This document shows positions 1-7,680 of a DNA stretch of 30,495 nucleotides, one piece after another. Under the pieces are notes generated by a model. It saw only the letters and a program-made list of their open reading frames with translations. It did no database searches and was not told the origin of the DNA. The first letter of the stretch is position 1. Every line of letters begins with the position of its first letter. The stretch is from a virus (lineage: Duplodnaviria; Caudoviricetes), in the IMG/VR virus record IMGVR_UViG_3300025848_000135, positions 1-30,495 of that record. The stretch is one strand, 5' to 3'. The position numbers and the translations under genes are program-made.

Positions 1-148
1 GCGCGAGCTTCCACGCCTTGAGCTTCGGGCTTTCGCTTTCTTCCGTGCCGTTGTAGCCGCAGAAGTGGCAGCGTCCCACGTCGGAGTAGCATCCCCACTG
101 GCACAGGTGGCAGACGCCTTGCGGACGAATGAAGTGAAGTAGTTTCAT
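1..148 (-). CDS. Partial small Zn-ribbon protein (runs off the left edge)
   Basis: Manual translation from ATG at 148: MKLLHFIRPQGVCHLCQWGCYSDVGRCHFCGYNGTEESESPKLKAWKLAR, with two CxxC pairs. Preceded by GAAGATTCGCC, a variant of the left-arm RBS motif. Not in the ORF track. Confidence 0.6.
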   Translation of the reverse strand, partial: MKLLHFIRPQGVCHLCQWGCYSDVGRCHFCGYNGTEESESPKLKAWKLA

Positions 149-518
149 GGCGAATCTTCGGGAGGGTTTAATGGGTTGCGCGCACCCAGCCCCTTTTCCC
201 CGACCTCTGGGGTTCACCGCCTGAATCTCTGACCACGCGCTGGTCGGGTACTCGTTGCCGGGGTGGGCAGAGCGAGGTTTGCTGCGCGCGCGTGGAAGGC
301 TGATCCAGGTGCGCCGTGGGTTCTGGTCGGCCCACGTTCCCCAAGCCGGTTGCCCGGTCGTCGGTGCGCGCCTTTGTTCGCTCGGCTTTTCTGGCTTTTT
401 CGCGGTGCCGTGGCGGAAATCTAAACCGCGTTCCAAGACAAAACCCCGGCGAGAGGTGCGACGCTCGGGGCCGGGGCTTTGCTTGGGGAATCGTGTTGAG
501 TCCGAACGTCGCGTGACG

Positions 519-548
519 ATTATACCGCGCCTTCGTCCCGCGCGTCAA
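519..548 (-). promoter_or_regulatory. sigma70-type promoter (TTGACG-18-TATAAT)
   Basis: The minus strand reads TTGACG (548-543), an 18-nt spacer, then TATAAT (524-519). It points into the 149-510 region. Confidence 0.7.
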
Positions 549-753
549 GCGGATTCAACTTTTCCGCAAGATTTTTCAGACGCACGATGTCCAGCACCCC
601 GCCGCCGTTGGTCAGGGGCTTTAAAGCGATGCCCTTGGATCGGTAGTAGTTCGCGCGGGATCGGGCGTTGGCTTGGTTGATGCCCGTGCCATCACAAAAC
701 TCCGCGAGGGTTTGGGCGCTCTGCCAGCGTGTTACGAAATCTTCGGGTTTCAA
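520..753 (-). CDS. Small putative HTH-like DNA-binding protein (77 aa)
   Basis: TTG start at 753 overlaps the upstream stop (TTGA) and follows AAAGGA. MKPEDFVTRWQSAQTLAEFCDGTGINQANARSRANYYRSKGIALKPL has an HTH-like pattern. Confidence 0.6.
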   Translation of the reverse strand: MKPEDFVTRWQSAQTLAEFCDGTGINQANARSRANYYRSKGIALKPLTNGGGVLDIVRLKNLAEKLNPLDARDEGAV

Positions 754-1142
754 TGGTTGTCCTTTCGAGTTAGTGCGGCTTTGACCTTGGCCCAATAGCC
801 GTCGGTCGCCTTGCGGTTGCGGCGCCAACCTGGCCCCGCGTTGTGGAGGCGTGCGAGGGTCTGGGCATCGGCGTTGGCCCACGCCTTCGGTTCGTACCGC
901 TTCATGTACGCCTCGACCACGCGACGGGCGTAGTCCTGCTCCCGGCATCGGGCGTAGTCGCCGGCCACGCGGCTGTCGGTATGGTAGGACCGCCATATCT
1001 GGAACGGCCCGATTGCCCGGCCAGCGTCGCCGTCAGGCACGTTGGCGCGGTTGCCCGACTCGACGTACCGGATTGCGTCTAGAACGCGATCCTGGGCGGG
1101 CGTGGCGGAAAGGGCGACGATTAAAGCGAGTTCATGTATCAC
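750..1142 (-). CDS. Lysozyme-like muramidase (i-type/destabilase-like) with a hydrophobic N-terminus, 130 aa
   Basis: GTG at 1142 overlaps the upstream stop (GTGA). Motifs AIRYVES, DGDAGRAIGPFQI, YMKRY, ARLHNAGP and TDGYWAKV match the lysozyme-like/destabilase pattern. Confidence 0.75.
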   Translation of the reverse strand: MIHELALIVALSATPAQDRVLDAIRYVESGNRANVPDGDAGRAIGPFQIWRSYHTDSRVAGDYARCREQDYARRVVEAYMKRYEPKAWANADAQTLARLHNAGPGWRRNRKATDGYWAKVKAALTRKDNH

Positions 1143-1549
1143 GCCGCACCGCCTTCCGCCTTGGCGTGTTGGGGCATCTTCCAGCTTGCCGCCGGCCCGC
1201 AATAATCGCATTGCGTCGATGACTTCACGCACCACACATAACCGTTGAGCAGATACCAGAGTATTCCGCAGGATGTTGACGCAATGTTCCTTCCGTACCG
1301 GACCACGCACAACACCCGATCCGGTTCCGGCATCGCGTGGACGCGCAGCGAATACGCCTCGTACAGACCCGCGAGGAAGCCAGCCCCAACGTAGGTGCTG
1401 GCGTTGCCCTCCTGCTCCTCCTGCGCGATCAGGGCCGCCAGTTCCGCATCGTCTCGGCGTTCGGCAAAGGCCAGGCCCTGCAATCGGCCCGCCTCCCACG
1501 CCTGATCTTGCGTGGGGTTGATCGGATACATGACGTATGATGTTTTCAT
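1139..1549 (-). CDS. Hypothetical phage protein (136 aa)
   Basis: ATG preceded by AGGAG; the stop is coupled to the next gene. Confidence 0.65.
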   Translation of the reverse strand: MKTSYVMYPINPTQDQAWEAGRLQGLAFAERRDDAELAALIAQEEQEGNASTYVGAGFLAGLYEAYSLRVHAMPEPDRVLCVVRYGRNIASTSCGILWYLLNGYVWCVKSSTQCDYCGPAASWKMPQHAKAEGGAA

Positions 1550-1615
1550 TGCTCAATACTCCTATGGCGTGATTGCCTTACCCCGCCGCGCTACCGGCGG
1601 GTAAAGGCCGTCACG

Positions 1616-2020
1616 TCAATCGCAGCAAGCAACGCCGCGCGTGTAGTTGGTGTCGGTCAACGGTTCATCGGCAACGTACAACATACAACCCCGGCAATCG
1701 CCTTGATGGTAGAAGCTCAGGCCGTGCGCCTTGCAAACCTTCGCCACGCGGCGCAACGCTCCCGCCTCGCGGTCGGCGATGGGGAAGCGGCGCACGCTGT
1801 GCATGCGGTAGTTGTGGACAACCTCGAAGGGTTTTCCGGTCGTCTCGTCACGCTCGATGGCCCATGATGCGTGGTCGTTGCTGTTGCCACATTCAAGCTC
1901 TCCCCAGCGTTGCAACGTCATTTCCGCGCGCCGCAGGGTAGCGGCGTCGTCGCGCGTGATGTCGGGCGCGATGCGTTGTAGGCGGTTCCAGAGAAGGTCG
2001 ATCTTGTCTTGTGCGGACAT
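1616..2020 (-). CDS. Hypothetical phage early-type protein (134 aa)
   Basis: ATG at 2020 after CAGGAGATTCCACC. Sequence MSAQDKIDLL...LRRAEMTLQRWGELECG...YHQGDCRGCMLYV. Confidence 0.75.
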   Translation of the reverse strand: MSAQDKIDLLWNRLQRIAPDITRDDAATLRRAEMTLQRWGELECGNSNDHASWAIERDETTGKPFEVVHNYRMHSVRRFPIADREAGALRRVAKVCKAHGLSFYHQGDCRGCMLYVADEPLTDTNYTRGVACCD

Positions 2021-2082
2021 GGTGGAATCTCCTGCGGGCATAATCGCCCCAAGGCCGCGCCGTGGCGCGGATTGTGGGGGGA

Positions 2083-2349
2083 TTAGGCGTTGCAATATCC
2101 GAGCATATGGCGGAACGCCCACGCATCAACGCGAATCGTCGCGCCGTCGTTGACCTCGCCACAATACAGAGCGCGACGCCCGAAACACTCGGCAATTTCA
2201 CCGGGCGTCGGCTGCTGAATGAAAAGTTCGGCGTCGGGGTTGTTGCCACCATTACGCTCGATATCGCGTGCGAATCGGCGCGCGATACGGGAGTTTACGG
2301 GGCGTGCAATGACGTTGCCTAGTCGATCTTCAATCAGTGTAATCATCAT
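2083..2349 (-). CDS. Hypothetical protein (88 aa)
   Basis: ATG after GAGGAGATTCTAGCC; fits the gene/hairpin array. Confidence 0.7.
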   Translation of the reverse strand: MMITLIEDRLGNVIARPVNSRIARRFARDIERNGGNNPDAELFIQQPTPGEIAECFGRRALYCGEVNDGATIRVDAWAFRHMLGYCNA

Positions 2350-2444
2350 GGCTAGAATCTCCTCGCGCGATCCGGTCGCGCTCCGCCTGGACGACGGCCC
2401 AGGCCCTAGGCCCGCGTTAGCAGGCCTTCGGGCGCGGGTCGGCG

Positions 2445-2711
2445 TTAATCAATCCCTGATTCGGTGAGCGATTCGGCTATTTCCATAACACTAAGTGGGT
2501 CTCCGTTCTCCTCCATGATCCAGCCGTCAAACACTAACGCCACGCGTTCATCCTTAGATGCGGCTGTCATGCTGTTAAACACGCCTTCAACGACATGGCG
2601 CGTGCGAAGTGTTCCGATGATCTCAACGCGGCGAGTTGTAATGACTGCGCATGCGCCGATGAGCGCGTGAATCGAGGTTCTAAAACCGGGTGTTTGGTGA
2701 ATCTCGGTCAT
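2445..2711 (-). CDS. Hypothetical protein (88 aa)
   Basis: ATG at 2711 after CAGGAGATTCGACC (MTEIHQTPG...). Confidence 0.7.
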   Translation of the reverse strand: MTEIHQTPGFRTSIHALIGACAVITTRRVEIIGTLRTRHVVEGVFNSMTAASKDERVALVFDGWIMEENGDPLSVMEIAESLTESGID

Positions 2712-2712
2712 G

Positions 2713-3127
2713 GTCGAATCTCCTGCCGCCTGTGTTGCCCTGCGGCGGGGCCTGCAATCCCCAGCAGCGCCGTTAAGCGATGCTGGGCGATAGTGTGAGT
2801 TAGTCGGCGTAGGCAGACGGGATTCTCTCTCCCGTATCGTCACAGATCAACTCCGCATCTTCGTAGTTGATGTCACAGGCCTCCACCCGCCATCCGCTAT
2901 GGTCCCCATCCTTGATGGCGCGAGCGATGTAGGTAGCGTTATCGCGCGCTGAATCAAAGCTCAACACGCCGCCATCGCTGGTCAGGAAGTAGATCGGATA
3001 ACCGCCTGGCCATGCGTAGGGGCCTGCCTTGAGGGTTTCAAGGAATTGGCGTGCCGTCTTGATGGTGCGATGATGATAAGCTTTCACGTCGAATCTCCTG
3101 CCGCCTTGGTTAGCCCTGCGGCGGGGC
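2713..3127 (-). repeat. Two ~40-bp near-identical intergenic repeats (2713-2751 and 3088-3127) containing the RBS
   Basis: Plus strand gtcgaatctcctgccgcctgtgtt-gccctgcggcggggc versus gtcgaatctcctgccgccttggttagccctgcggcggggc. The core GAATCTCCT also occurs at 2025, 2355 and 3481. Confidence 0.9.
2800..3087 (-). CDS. Hypothetical phage protein (AWPGGYP motif), 95 aa
   Basis: GTG at 3087 after CAGGAGATTCGAC. Sequence YAWPGGYPIYFLTSDGG...INYEDAELICDDTGERIPSAY. Confidence 0.75.
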   Translation of the reverse strand: MKAYHHRTIKTARQFLETLKAGPYAWPGGYPIYFLTSDGGVLSFDSARDNATYIARAIKDGDHSGWRVEACDINYEDAELICDDTGERIPSAYAD

Positions 3128-3167
3128 AAGCCTCAGCGAGCCGGTAAAGGCGCGCGGAGGGGGGGGG

Positions 3168-3476
3168 TTAGGCGTTGTCGTCATCGCCGTACATCGAGCG
3201 AAGATCGCTCTCAAGGCTGCGCTTGTTGCGCGAGAATGTCCAGTCGGTGCAATCCAAGTAACCCGGCGCAGAGTAGCGCCCAAAATACCCCTTGACGTAG
3301 TGGACATCAGTAACTTCGCCGTAAACGTCGCCGATGGACACTTTGCGGCCCGTGCCGATCATCGCGCGGTAGTTATCCGCGTCGGGAGCGTTGATGTCGG
3401 GCGCGACAACATCGCCGCCGGTAGTTTCGATGATCCATCCGTCACCCTTAACGATTTGAAGTTGCATGAAAGCCAT
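3168..3476 (-). CDS. Hypothetical phage protein (SAPGYLDCTDW motif), 102 aa
   Basis: ATG after CAGGAGATTCGCAA; first gene downstream of the 3536-3564 promoter. Confidence 0.75.
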   Translation of the reverse strand: MAFMQLQIVKGDGWIIETTGGDVVAPDINAPDADNYRAMIGTGRKVSIGDVYGEVTDVHYVKGYFGRYSAPGYLDCTDWTFSRNKRSLESDLRSMYGDDDNA

Positions 3477-3535
3477 TTGCGAATCTCCTGTGCGGCGTTT
3501 GATGGGGTGTCGGCTTGCCGCGAACCGACAACATG

Positions 3536-3564
3536 AGATTAAATCTTCAATCGGCGATTGTCAA
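3536..3564 (-). promoter_or_regulatory. Strong sigma70-type early promoter (TTGACA-17-TAATCT)
   Basis: Minus strand TTGACA (3564-3559), a 17-nt spacer, TAATCT (3541-3536), with an AT-rich tract upstream in the divergent intergenic region. Confidence 0.8.
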
Positions 3565-3709
3565 GTCTATTCTTCACGATTTTACAAAAGATTTTAACGA
3601 TTCATCACAACTATTTGCAAAATCTAGGGGTACATTCTCGGAATTCGTGAGAAAAAAAGCGTTCCGTGGCAATAATTACTTTGTAAGCGCGCAGTGATTA
3701 AGCTCCACC

Positions 3710-4351
3710 ATGCTAGACCAAACCGCGAGAACCGGCGCGCAACAAGCTCTAGACTCCCTCGCACGCGCAGGCGCGCCGCCCCATCTCATTGACCGCATAT
3801 CCCGCGACGAGCTCGACGACATGACGCAGGAGGCCGCACTAGCCATCCTCGAATCGGGCGCTACAACGCCGGCACTCCAGGCGACCGTTGCCAAGCGCGG
3901 CGCGCTACGATGGCTGCGCCGTGAATCGCGCGAACGCCGGCGACTGCAACGATACATCGACCGCGCGAAAGACCTGCGGCGCGATGGCCAGGTGGAGGGG
4001 GGAAATGGTGGGATGGACAGTCTCCCCCCTCCAGCTTCACCAACGCCTCCACAATCTCTCGTCCACGCTGAAACGCTATCCCTTGCCGTTGCGACACTTG
4101 CGACGGTAAACGACGACGACCGGCGCGCGGTTGAGCGTGTCGTGATGGGCGGCGAGACGCTTGACGACGCGGCCAGGTGCGAGGGTGTGAGCAGGACGAC
4201 GATCGTGAGGCGGGTCGAGCGTGGACTGGACGCGGTGAGGCGGGGTGTCGAAGGGCGTCACCGGTTGGGGCGGGGGGCGGGGGGCGGAGTCTCACACCCC
4301 CCTTTAAGCGCCGGCCCTAACGGTGAATCGAACCCCTCCCCTTTTCAATGA
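3710..4351 (+). CDS. ECF sigma factor-like / sigma70 region-4 HTH protein
   Basis: Region-2-like DELDDMTQEAALAIL...ALRWLRRE and region-4-like LATVNDDDRRAVERVVMGGETLDDAARCEGVSRTTIVRRVERGL. Confidence 0.7.
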   Translation: MLDQTARTGAQQALDSLARAGAPPHLIDRISRDELDDMTQEAALAILESGATTPALQATVAKRGALRWLRRESRERRRLQRYIDRAKDLRRDGQVEGGNGGMDSLPPPASPTPPQSLVHAETLSLAVATLATVNDDDRRAVERVVMGGETLDDAARCEGVSRTTIVRRVERGLDAVRRGVEGRHRLGRGAGGGVSHPPLSAGPNGESNPSPFQ

Positions 4352-4359
4352 CCCAACGG

Positions 4360-4393
4360 CCCTGTCGGCGCTTGAACGCTGATGGGGTTTTTT
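4360..4393 (+). terminator. Rho-independent terminator
   Basis: Stem CCCTGTCGGCG / CGCTGATGGGG (with G-U pairs) followed by TTTTTT, just after the sigma-like gene. Confidence 0.7.
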
Positions 4394-4405
4394 CTTAGGT
4401 GGACG

Positions 4406-4654
4406 ATGGATTCCCGAGGTGTTGATCGAGAGAGTCCTTGGCTCGCTAAGGCGAGTCCTGATAAGGATTTCTGGGATTCCCAGGCTCGGTTGCGTGAGGG
4501 TGAGCGGTTGGCGCGGTTGTGTTTGGAGTTCCAGGTGGGTTTTGGGACTCCTGAGGGTTGGGAGTGGGTGGGTGGTACGGCGATGAATCCTGATCCGATG
4601 TTGGTTCCTGTGGGGTATGATCCGGTGTTCCATGACGGTAAAACTTCTAGCTGA
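4406..4654 (+). CDS. Hypothetical protein (82 aa)
   Basis: ATG at 4406 after AGGTGG; fills the gap before the next gene. Confidence 0.55.
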   Translation: MDSRGVDRESPWLAKASPDKDFWDSQARLREGERLARLCLEFQVGFGTPEGWEWVGGTAMNPDPMLVPVGYDPVFHDGKTSS

Positions 4655-4666
4655 AAGGAGTCATCC

Positions 4667-5299
4667 ATGAAACTGCTGACTCTTTTGTGCTTTGTGATGG
4701 CTTTTTTGCCCGGTTGTGGGACGGGCGGGATTGTGGTGCATAGGCCGGACGGGACGGTGGTGGAGGTGACGCAACCCCCAAAAGCGGTGTCCCCCGCGAC
4801 CTTGGCGTGGGGGCGGACGGAAGGCGATGGTGGGGATGGTGTGGCGGGTCGATCCGAGTCGTTGACGGTGGGGACGGGGGAGATGGCGGCACCGCCAAGC
4901 CCGGCACAGACGGCGATGGGGAGTTTGGTGTGGTTGGGCGCGGCTTTGCTGGTGGTGGGGGCACTGATTGCTTTCGTGCCGTACCTCCGGTTTATCCCCC
5001 AGGACTTCGGGTTCGTGATGATGGCACTTGGTGGTGGGATGATCGCGTTGCCGGTGATTCTCGAGCGCTACCTGACGTGGATTCTTCTGGGCGGGTTGGG
5101 GTACCTGCTGGTTCGGTCGGGGATGCTGGCGAAGGGGTTGGACTGGTTCAAGCGGGAGACAAGTCCCGAGAAGCAGATGGAGTTGAAGATGGCGGGGCAT
5201 CACGACGCGGCGGGGTCGTTGGCGTACCTGAACACGGCGGGGGATCGGTTGAAAGCGAAGGTGGTGGCAACGGAGTCTGGATCGCCGTCGGGTACGTGA
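4667..5299 (+). CDS. Lipoprotein with additional transmembrane helices (possible lysis/spanin-like protein)
   Basis: RBS AAAGGAG. Signal peptide with lipobox MKLLTLLCFVMAFLPG-C, then three hydrophobic segments. Confidence 0.7.
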   Translation: MKLLTLLCFVMAFLPGCGTGGIVVHRPDGTVVEVTQPPKAVSPATLAWGRTEGDGGDGVAGRSESLTVGTGEMAAPPSPAQTAMGSLVWLGAALLVVGALIAFVPYLRFIPQDFGFVMMALGGGMIALPVILERYLTWILLGGLGYLLVRSGMLAKGLDWFKRETSPEKQMELKMAGHHDAAGSLAYLNTAGDRLKAKVVATESGSPSGT

Positions 5300-5355
5300 C
5301 GTTGTTGGCGGTGGCTGGTGTTTCGGCGTTGTGGATGATTTTCGGTCGCAGGTGA
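5296..5355 (+). CDS. Putative 19-aa hydrophobic micro-protein
   Basis: GTGA overlap with the upstream stop; MTLLAVAGVSALWMIFGRR; its stop abuts the next ATG. Confidence 0.35.
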   Translation: MTLLAVAGVSALWMIFGRR

Positions 5356-5859
5356 ATGGGCTTAAAGGTCAATCCATACTGTCCGAACTTCCACCCTGAT
5401 GTCAGGTACGTTCAGTGTCGATATTGCAAGGAGCCGGTGGACTTGGCTGGTCCTTGGAACGAGCAGCCGACGAAACCGGCGCATCGGTTGTGTGAGAACA
5501 GTCAGATTCCGCCGCCCTTTACGGTGCCGTTGCGGATCACCGACTTGAAGATGATTAACACCGTGCTTGTGAACGGCTGGAACATGCCGCTGCTATGGTG
5601 GGAAAAGACCATTCGGCTGATCCGGCAGACGATGGACATGCACGACCCCAAGACCCCGGAATATGAGCCAGATCGTGACATCCACGCCAAGCGACAAGTC
5701 ATGGCCGCCGCCCTCCTCGCAAGAATCGTCGCCGTCCAATCGGGGACCAAGATTGCAGCTAGGAAAGGGCTTTCGGGCGAACAGATCAGAAAGAAACACC
5801 GTCGTACCCAATGGGCTTTTGGCGCTGAAAATAAGCAGCCGGGCGACGGAACTGTTTGA
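5356..5859 (+). CDS. Hypothetical protein with an N-terminal Cys/His cluster
   Basis: 167-aa ORF with YCP...CRYC...HRLC, upstream of the terminase. Confidence 0.65.
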   Translation: MGLKVNPYCPNFHPDVRYVQCRYCKEPVDLAGPWNEQPTKPAHRLCENSQIPPPFTVPLRITDLKMINTVLVNGWNMPLLWWEKTIRLIRQTMDMHDPKTPEYEPDRDIHAKRQVMAAALLARIVAVQSGTKIAARKGLSGEQIRKKHRRTQWAFGAENKQPGDGTV

Positions 5860-6268
5860 GCAGAACATCGAAAAGGGGTTGGCGAGCGAGAACCTGTACG
5901 TCAAGAACACGGCCCAGAAGTTCTATCTCGAAGCCCAAAAACTGAAATGGCTGGCGGAACAAGATGCCGATCGAAGGCGCAGACTCGACGAAAACAAGCC
6001 CACTGCGATCCTCGGCGGAGGCGGCGATATCCAGTCTGCGCTCGCTTCAATCCTCGGTGAAGTCTCTCGGCTCGAAGGCGAGATCGGACGAGGAGAGGCA
6101 GACGGTGCTGACGCTGGCGAGGAAAGCGGCCCCGCTGGCGGACTGGTTGAAGATCGAGAGCCTGTTCCTGACGGCGGGACCGAAACACCTGGAGATGGCG
6201 GAGGCGTTCCACGCGAAGCCGCGCCGGCACAACCGCTTCGCCTTAATCGGGGGGAATCGGGCGGGTAA
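5663..6268 (+). CDS. Putative terminase small subunit-like protein (start uncertain)
   Basis: Helical core ATELFEQNIEKGLASENLYVKNTAQKFYLEAQKLKWLAEQD...DIQSALASILGEV directly before terL; overlaps both neighbours. Confidence 0.5.
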   Translation: MSQIVTSTPSDKSWPPPSSQESSPSNRGPRLQLGKGFRANRSERNTVVPNGLLALKISSRATELFEQNIEKGLASENLYVKNTAQKFYLEAQKLKWLAEQDADRRRRLDENKPTAILGGGGDIQSALASILGEVSRLEGEIGRGEADGADAGEESGPAGGLVEDREPVPDGGTETPGDGGGVPREAAPAQPLRLNRGESGG

Positions 6269-7493
6269 GAGCGTGTGCGGCGGTCGCATGTGCTTTGCGA
6301 AGCATTTGCGTGACGACGCGAAGCAGGGGGCGATTTACTGGTGCGTGGCCCCGACGGTCGAGAAGTCCATCGCGGGCCAGCAGCGAGAGTTGTGGGAGTC
6401 GTTGCCGAGGTCTTTGCTTGGCGACGCGACCTACAACGAGCAGACTGGTTATGGCGGGCAGAGGCCGAGCCTCGTGGTCGATCCGGGTGGAAGGCGTGTC
6501 GTGATCCGCTTCAAGACGGCGGCACAATACGATTCCGACCCGGCGAGTTTCGAGCAGGAAAAGGTGAGTGGCGCGTGGGTGGATGAGACGGTTCCAGAGG
6601 GCGTTTACAAGCGTCTGGTGCCACGACTCATCGACCTCAACGGATTCCTGCTGGTCACGACGATCCCGGACGATGAATGGATCGACGAGGCGTTCGGCGA
6701 GGAGGATTGCGACGACTTGCAGCGTGGGATTTTCGTGCGTCGGCTGACGATGTACGACAACAAGGCGAATCTTTCCGAGGAGGGCATCCGCAACGCGGTC
6801 GAGTCCATGAGTGAGGACGAGAAGCAGATGCGGGTGTACGGGAAGTCGATACACAAAACAGGGCTGGTGTACAAGGAGTTCGTCAAGGATTACAAGCCAG
6901 ACGGACACCTCATCAGGCCCTTCAAAATACCGGCGGACTGGCCGCGATACCGGGCGATGGACGTTGGAAGGGACCATCCGACGGTCTGCCTGTGGGCGGC
7001 GGTTGCGCCTAACGATACGGTCTATGTGTACCGCGAGTACGTGGCGCGGAATACGACGGTGCAGGAGGACGCGGAAAAGATCACGGCAATGAGCAAGGGC
7101 GAGGTTTACGCCGCACCGTGCATCATCGACCCTGCGGCGTATGCCGTCACCAAGAGCAACCCCAAGAGCGTCGGATTGCAGTTCCTGGAGGCGGGGGTCC
7201 GGTGTATGCCGGGCGTGCGTAGCAACAAACACCCTTCCGGCGGCGAGTTCGCGTTGGTGCAGAATGTGAAGCGGTGGCTGGAGACTTACAAGCTGATCGT
7301 GTTCGATTCCTGCCCGTACCTGATTTCCGAGTTCCGCAAGTGGCGATACGTGAGGGACAAGGAGAACAACCCGGTCGGTCGTGGTCGGTTTGTGGACGCG
7401 AACAACGACGCGCTTGACGCGCTCAAGTACCTGCTGGCGGCGAATCCGACGCACGAATCAAAGGTGGTTGAAGTGGATAGCGTCGAATGGTGA
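6105..7493 (+). CDS. terL: Terminase large subunit
   Basis: Walker A GGNRAGKS, Walker B AWVDE, nuclease motifs AMDVG and NNDALDALKY. The frame is open from 5964; the best start is GTG 6105, after GAGGAGAGG. Confidence 0.93.
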   Translation: MLTLARKAAPLADWLKIESLFLTAGPKHLEMAEAFHAKPRRHNRFALIGGNRAGKSVCGGRMCFAKHLRDDAKQGAIYWCVAPTVEKSIAGQQRELWESLPRSLLGDATYNEQTGYGGQRPSLVVDPGGRRVVIRFKTAAQYDSDPASFEQEKVSGAWVDETVPEGVYKRLVPRLIDLNGFLLVTTIPDDEWIDEAFGEEDCDDLQRGIFVRRLTMYDNKANLSEEGIRNAVESMSEDEKQMRVYGKSIHKTGLVYKEFVKDYKPDGHLIRPFKIPADWPRYRAMDVGRDHPTVCLWAAVAPNDTVYVYREYVARNTTVQEDAEKITAMSKGEVYAAPCIIDPAAYAVTKSNPKSVGLQFLEAGVRCMPGVRSNKHPSGGEFALVQNVKRWLETYKLIVFDSCPYLISEFRKWRYVRDKENNPVGRGRFVDANNDALDALKYLLAANPTHESKVVEVDSVEW

Positions 7494-7524
7494 AACAGTG
7501 GTCCAACGTCGGAATGGGGGTCGC

Positions 7525-7680
7525 GTGAGCGTCATCGAAGTGCTGTGGCTTACCGCGCTGACCGCCGTGATCCTCTGGATGCTCTGGAACCAGTGGAGGC
7601 GGTACGAGGCCGACAAGAAGTTCGAGGAAATGATCGAGGATTCCAAGGCGATCGAGGAAGCATACCGAAGGCGATTTTGA
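7525..7680 (+). CDS. Small single-TM membrane protein (51 aa)
   Basis: GTG 7525; VIEVLWLTALTAVILWMLW followed by a charged tail; TGATG coupling to the next gene. Confidence 0.6.
   Translation: MSVIEVLWLTALTAVILWMLWNQWRRYEADKKFEEMIEDSKAIEEAYRRRF

Noticed and set aside
1568-3175. Integron attC array
   Set aside because: No matching downstream GTTRRRY core sites and no integron integrase in the window; only a loose resemblance.
4807-5295. Long overlapping Gly-rich ORF as an embedded spanin partner
   Set aside because: It is a by-product of the G-rich -1 frame; only the final 19 codons have a plausible coupled start.
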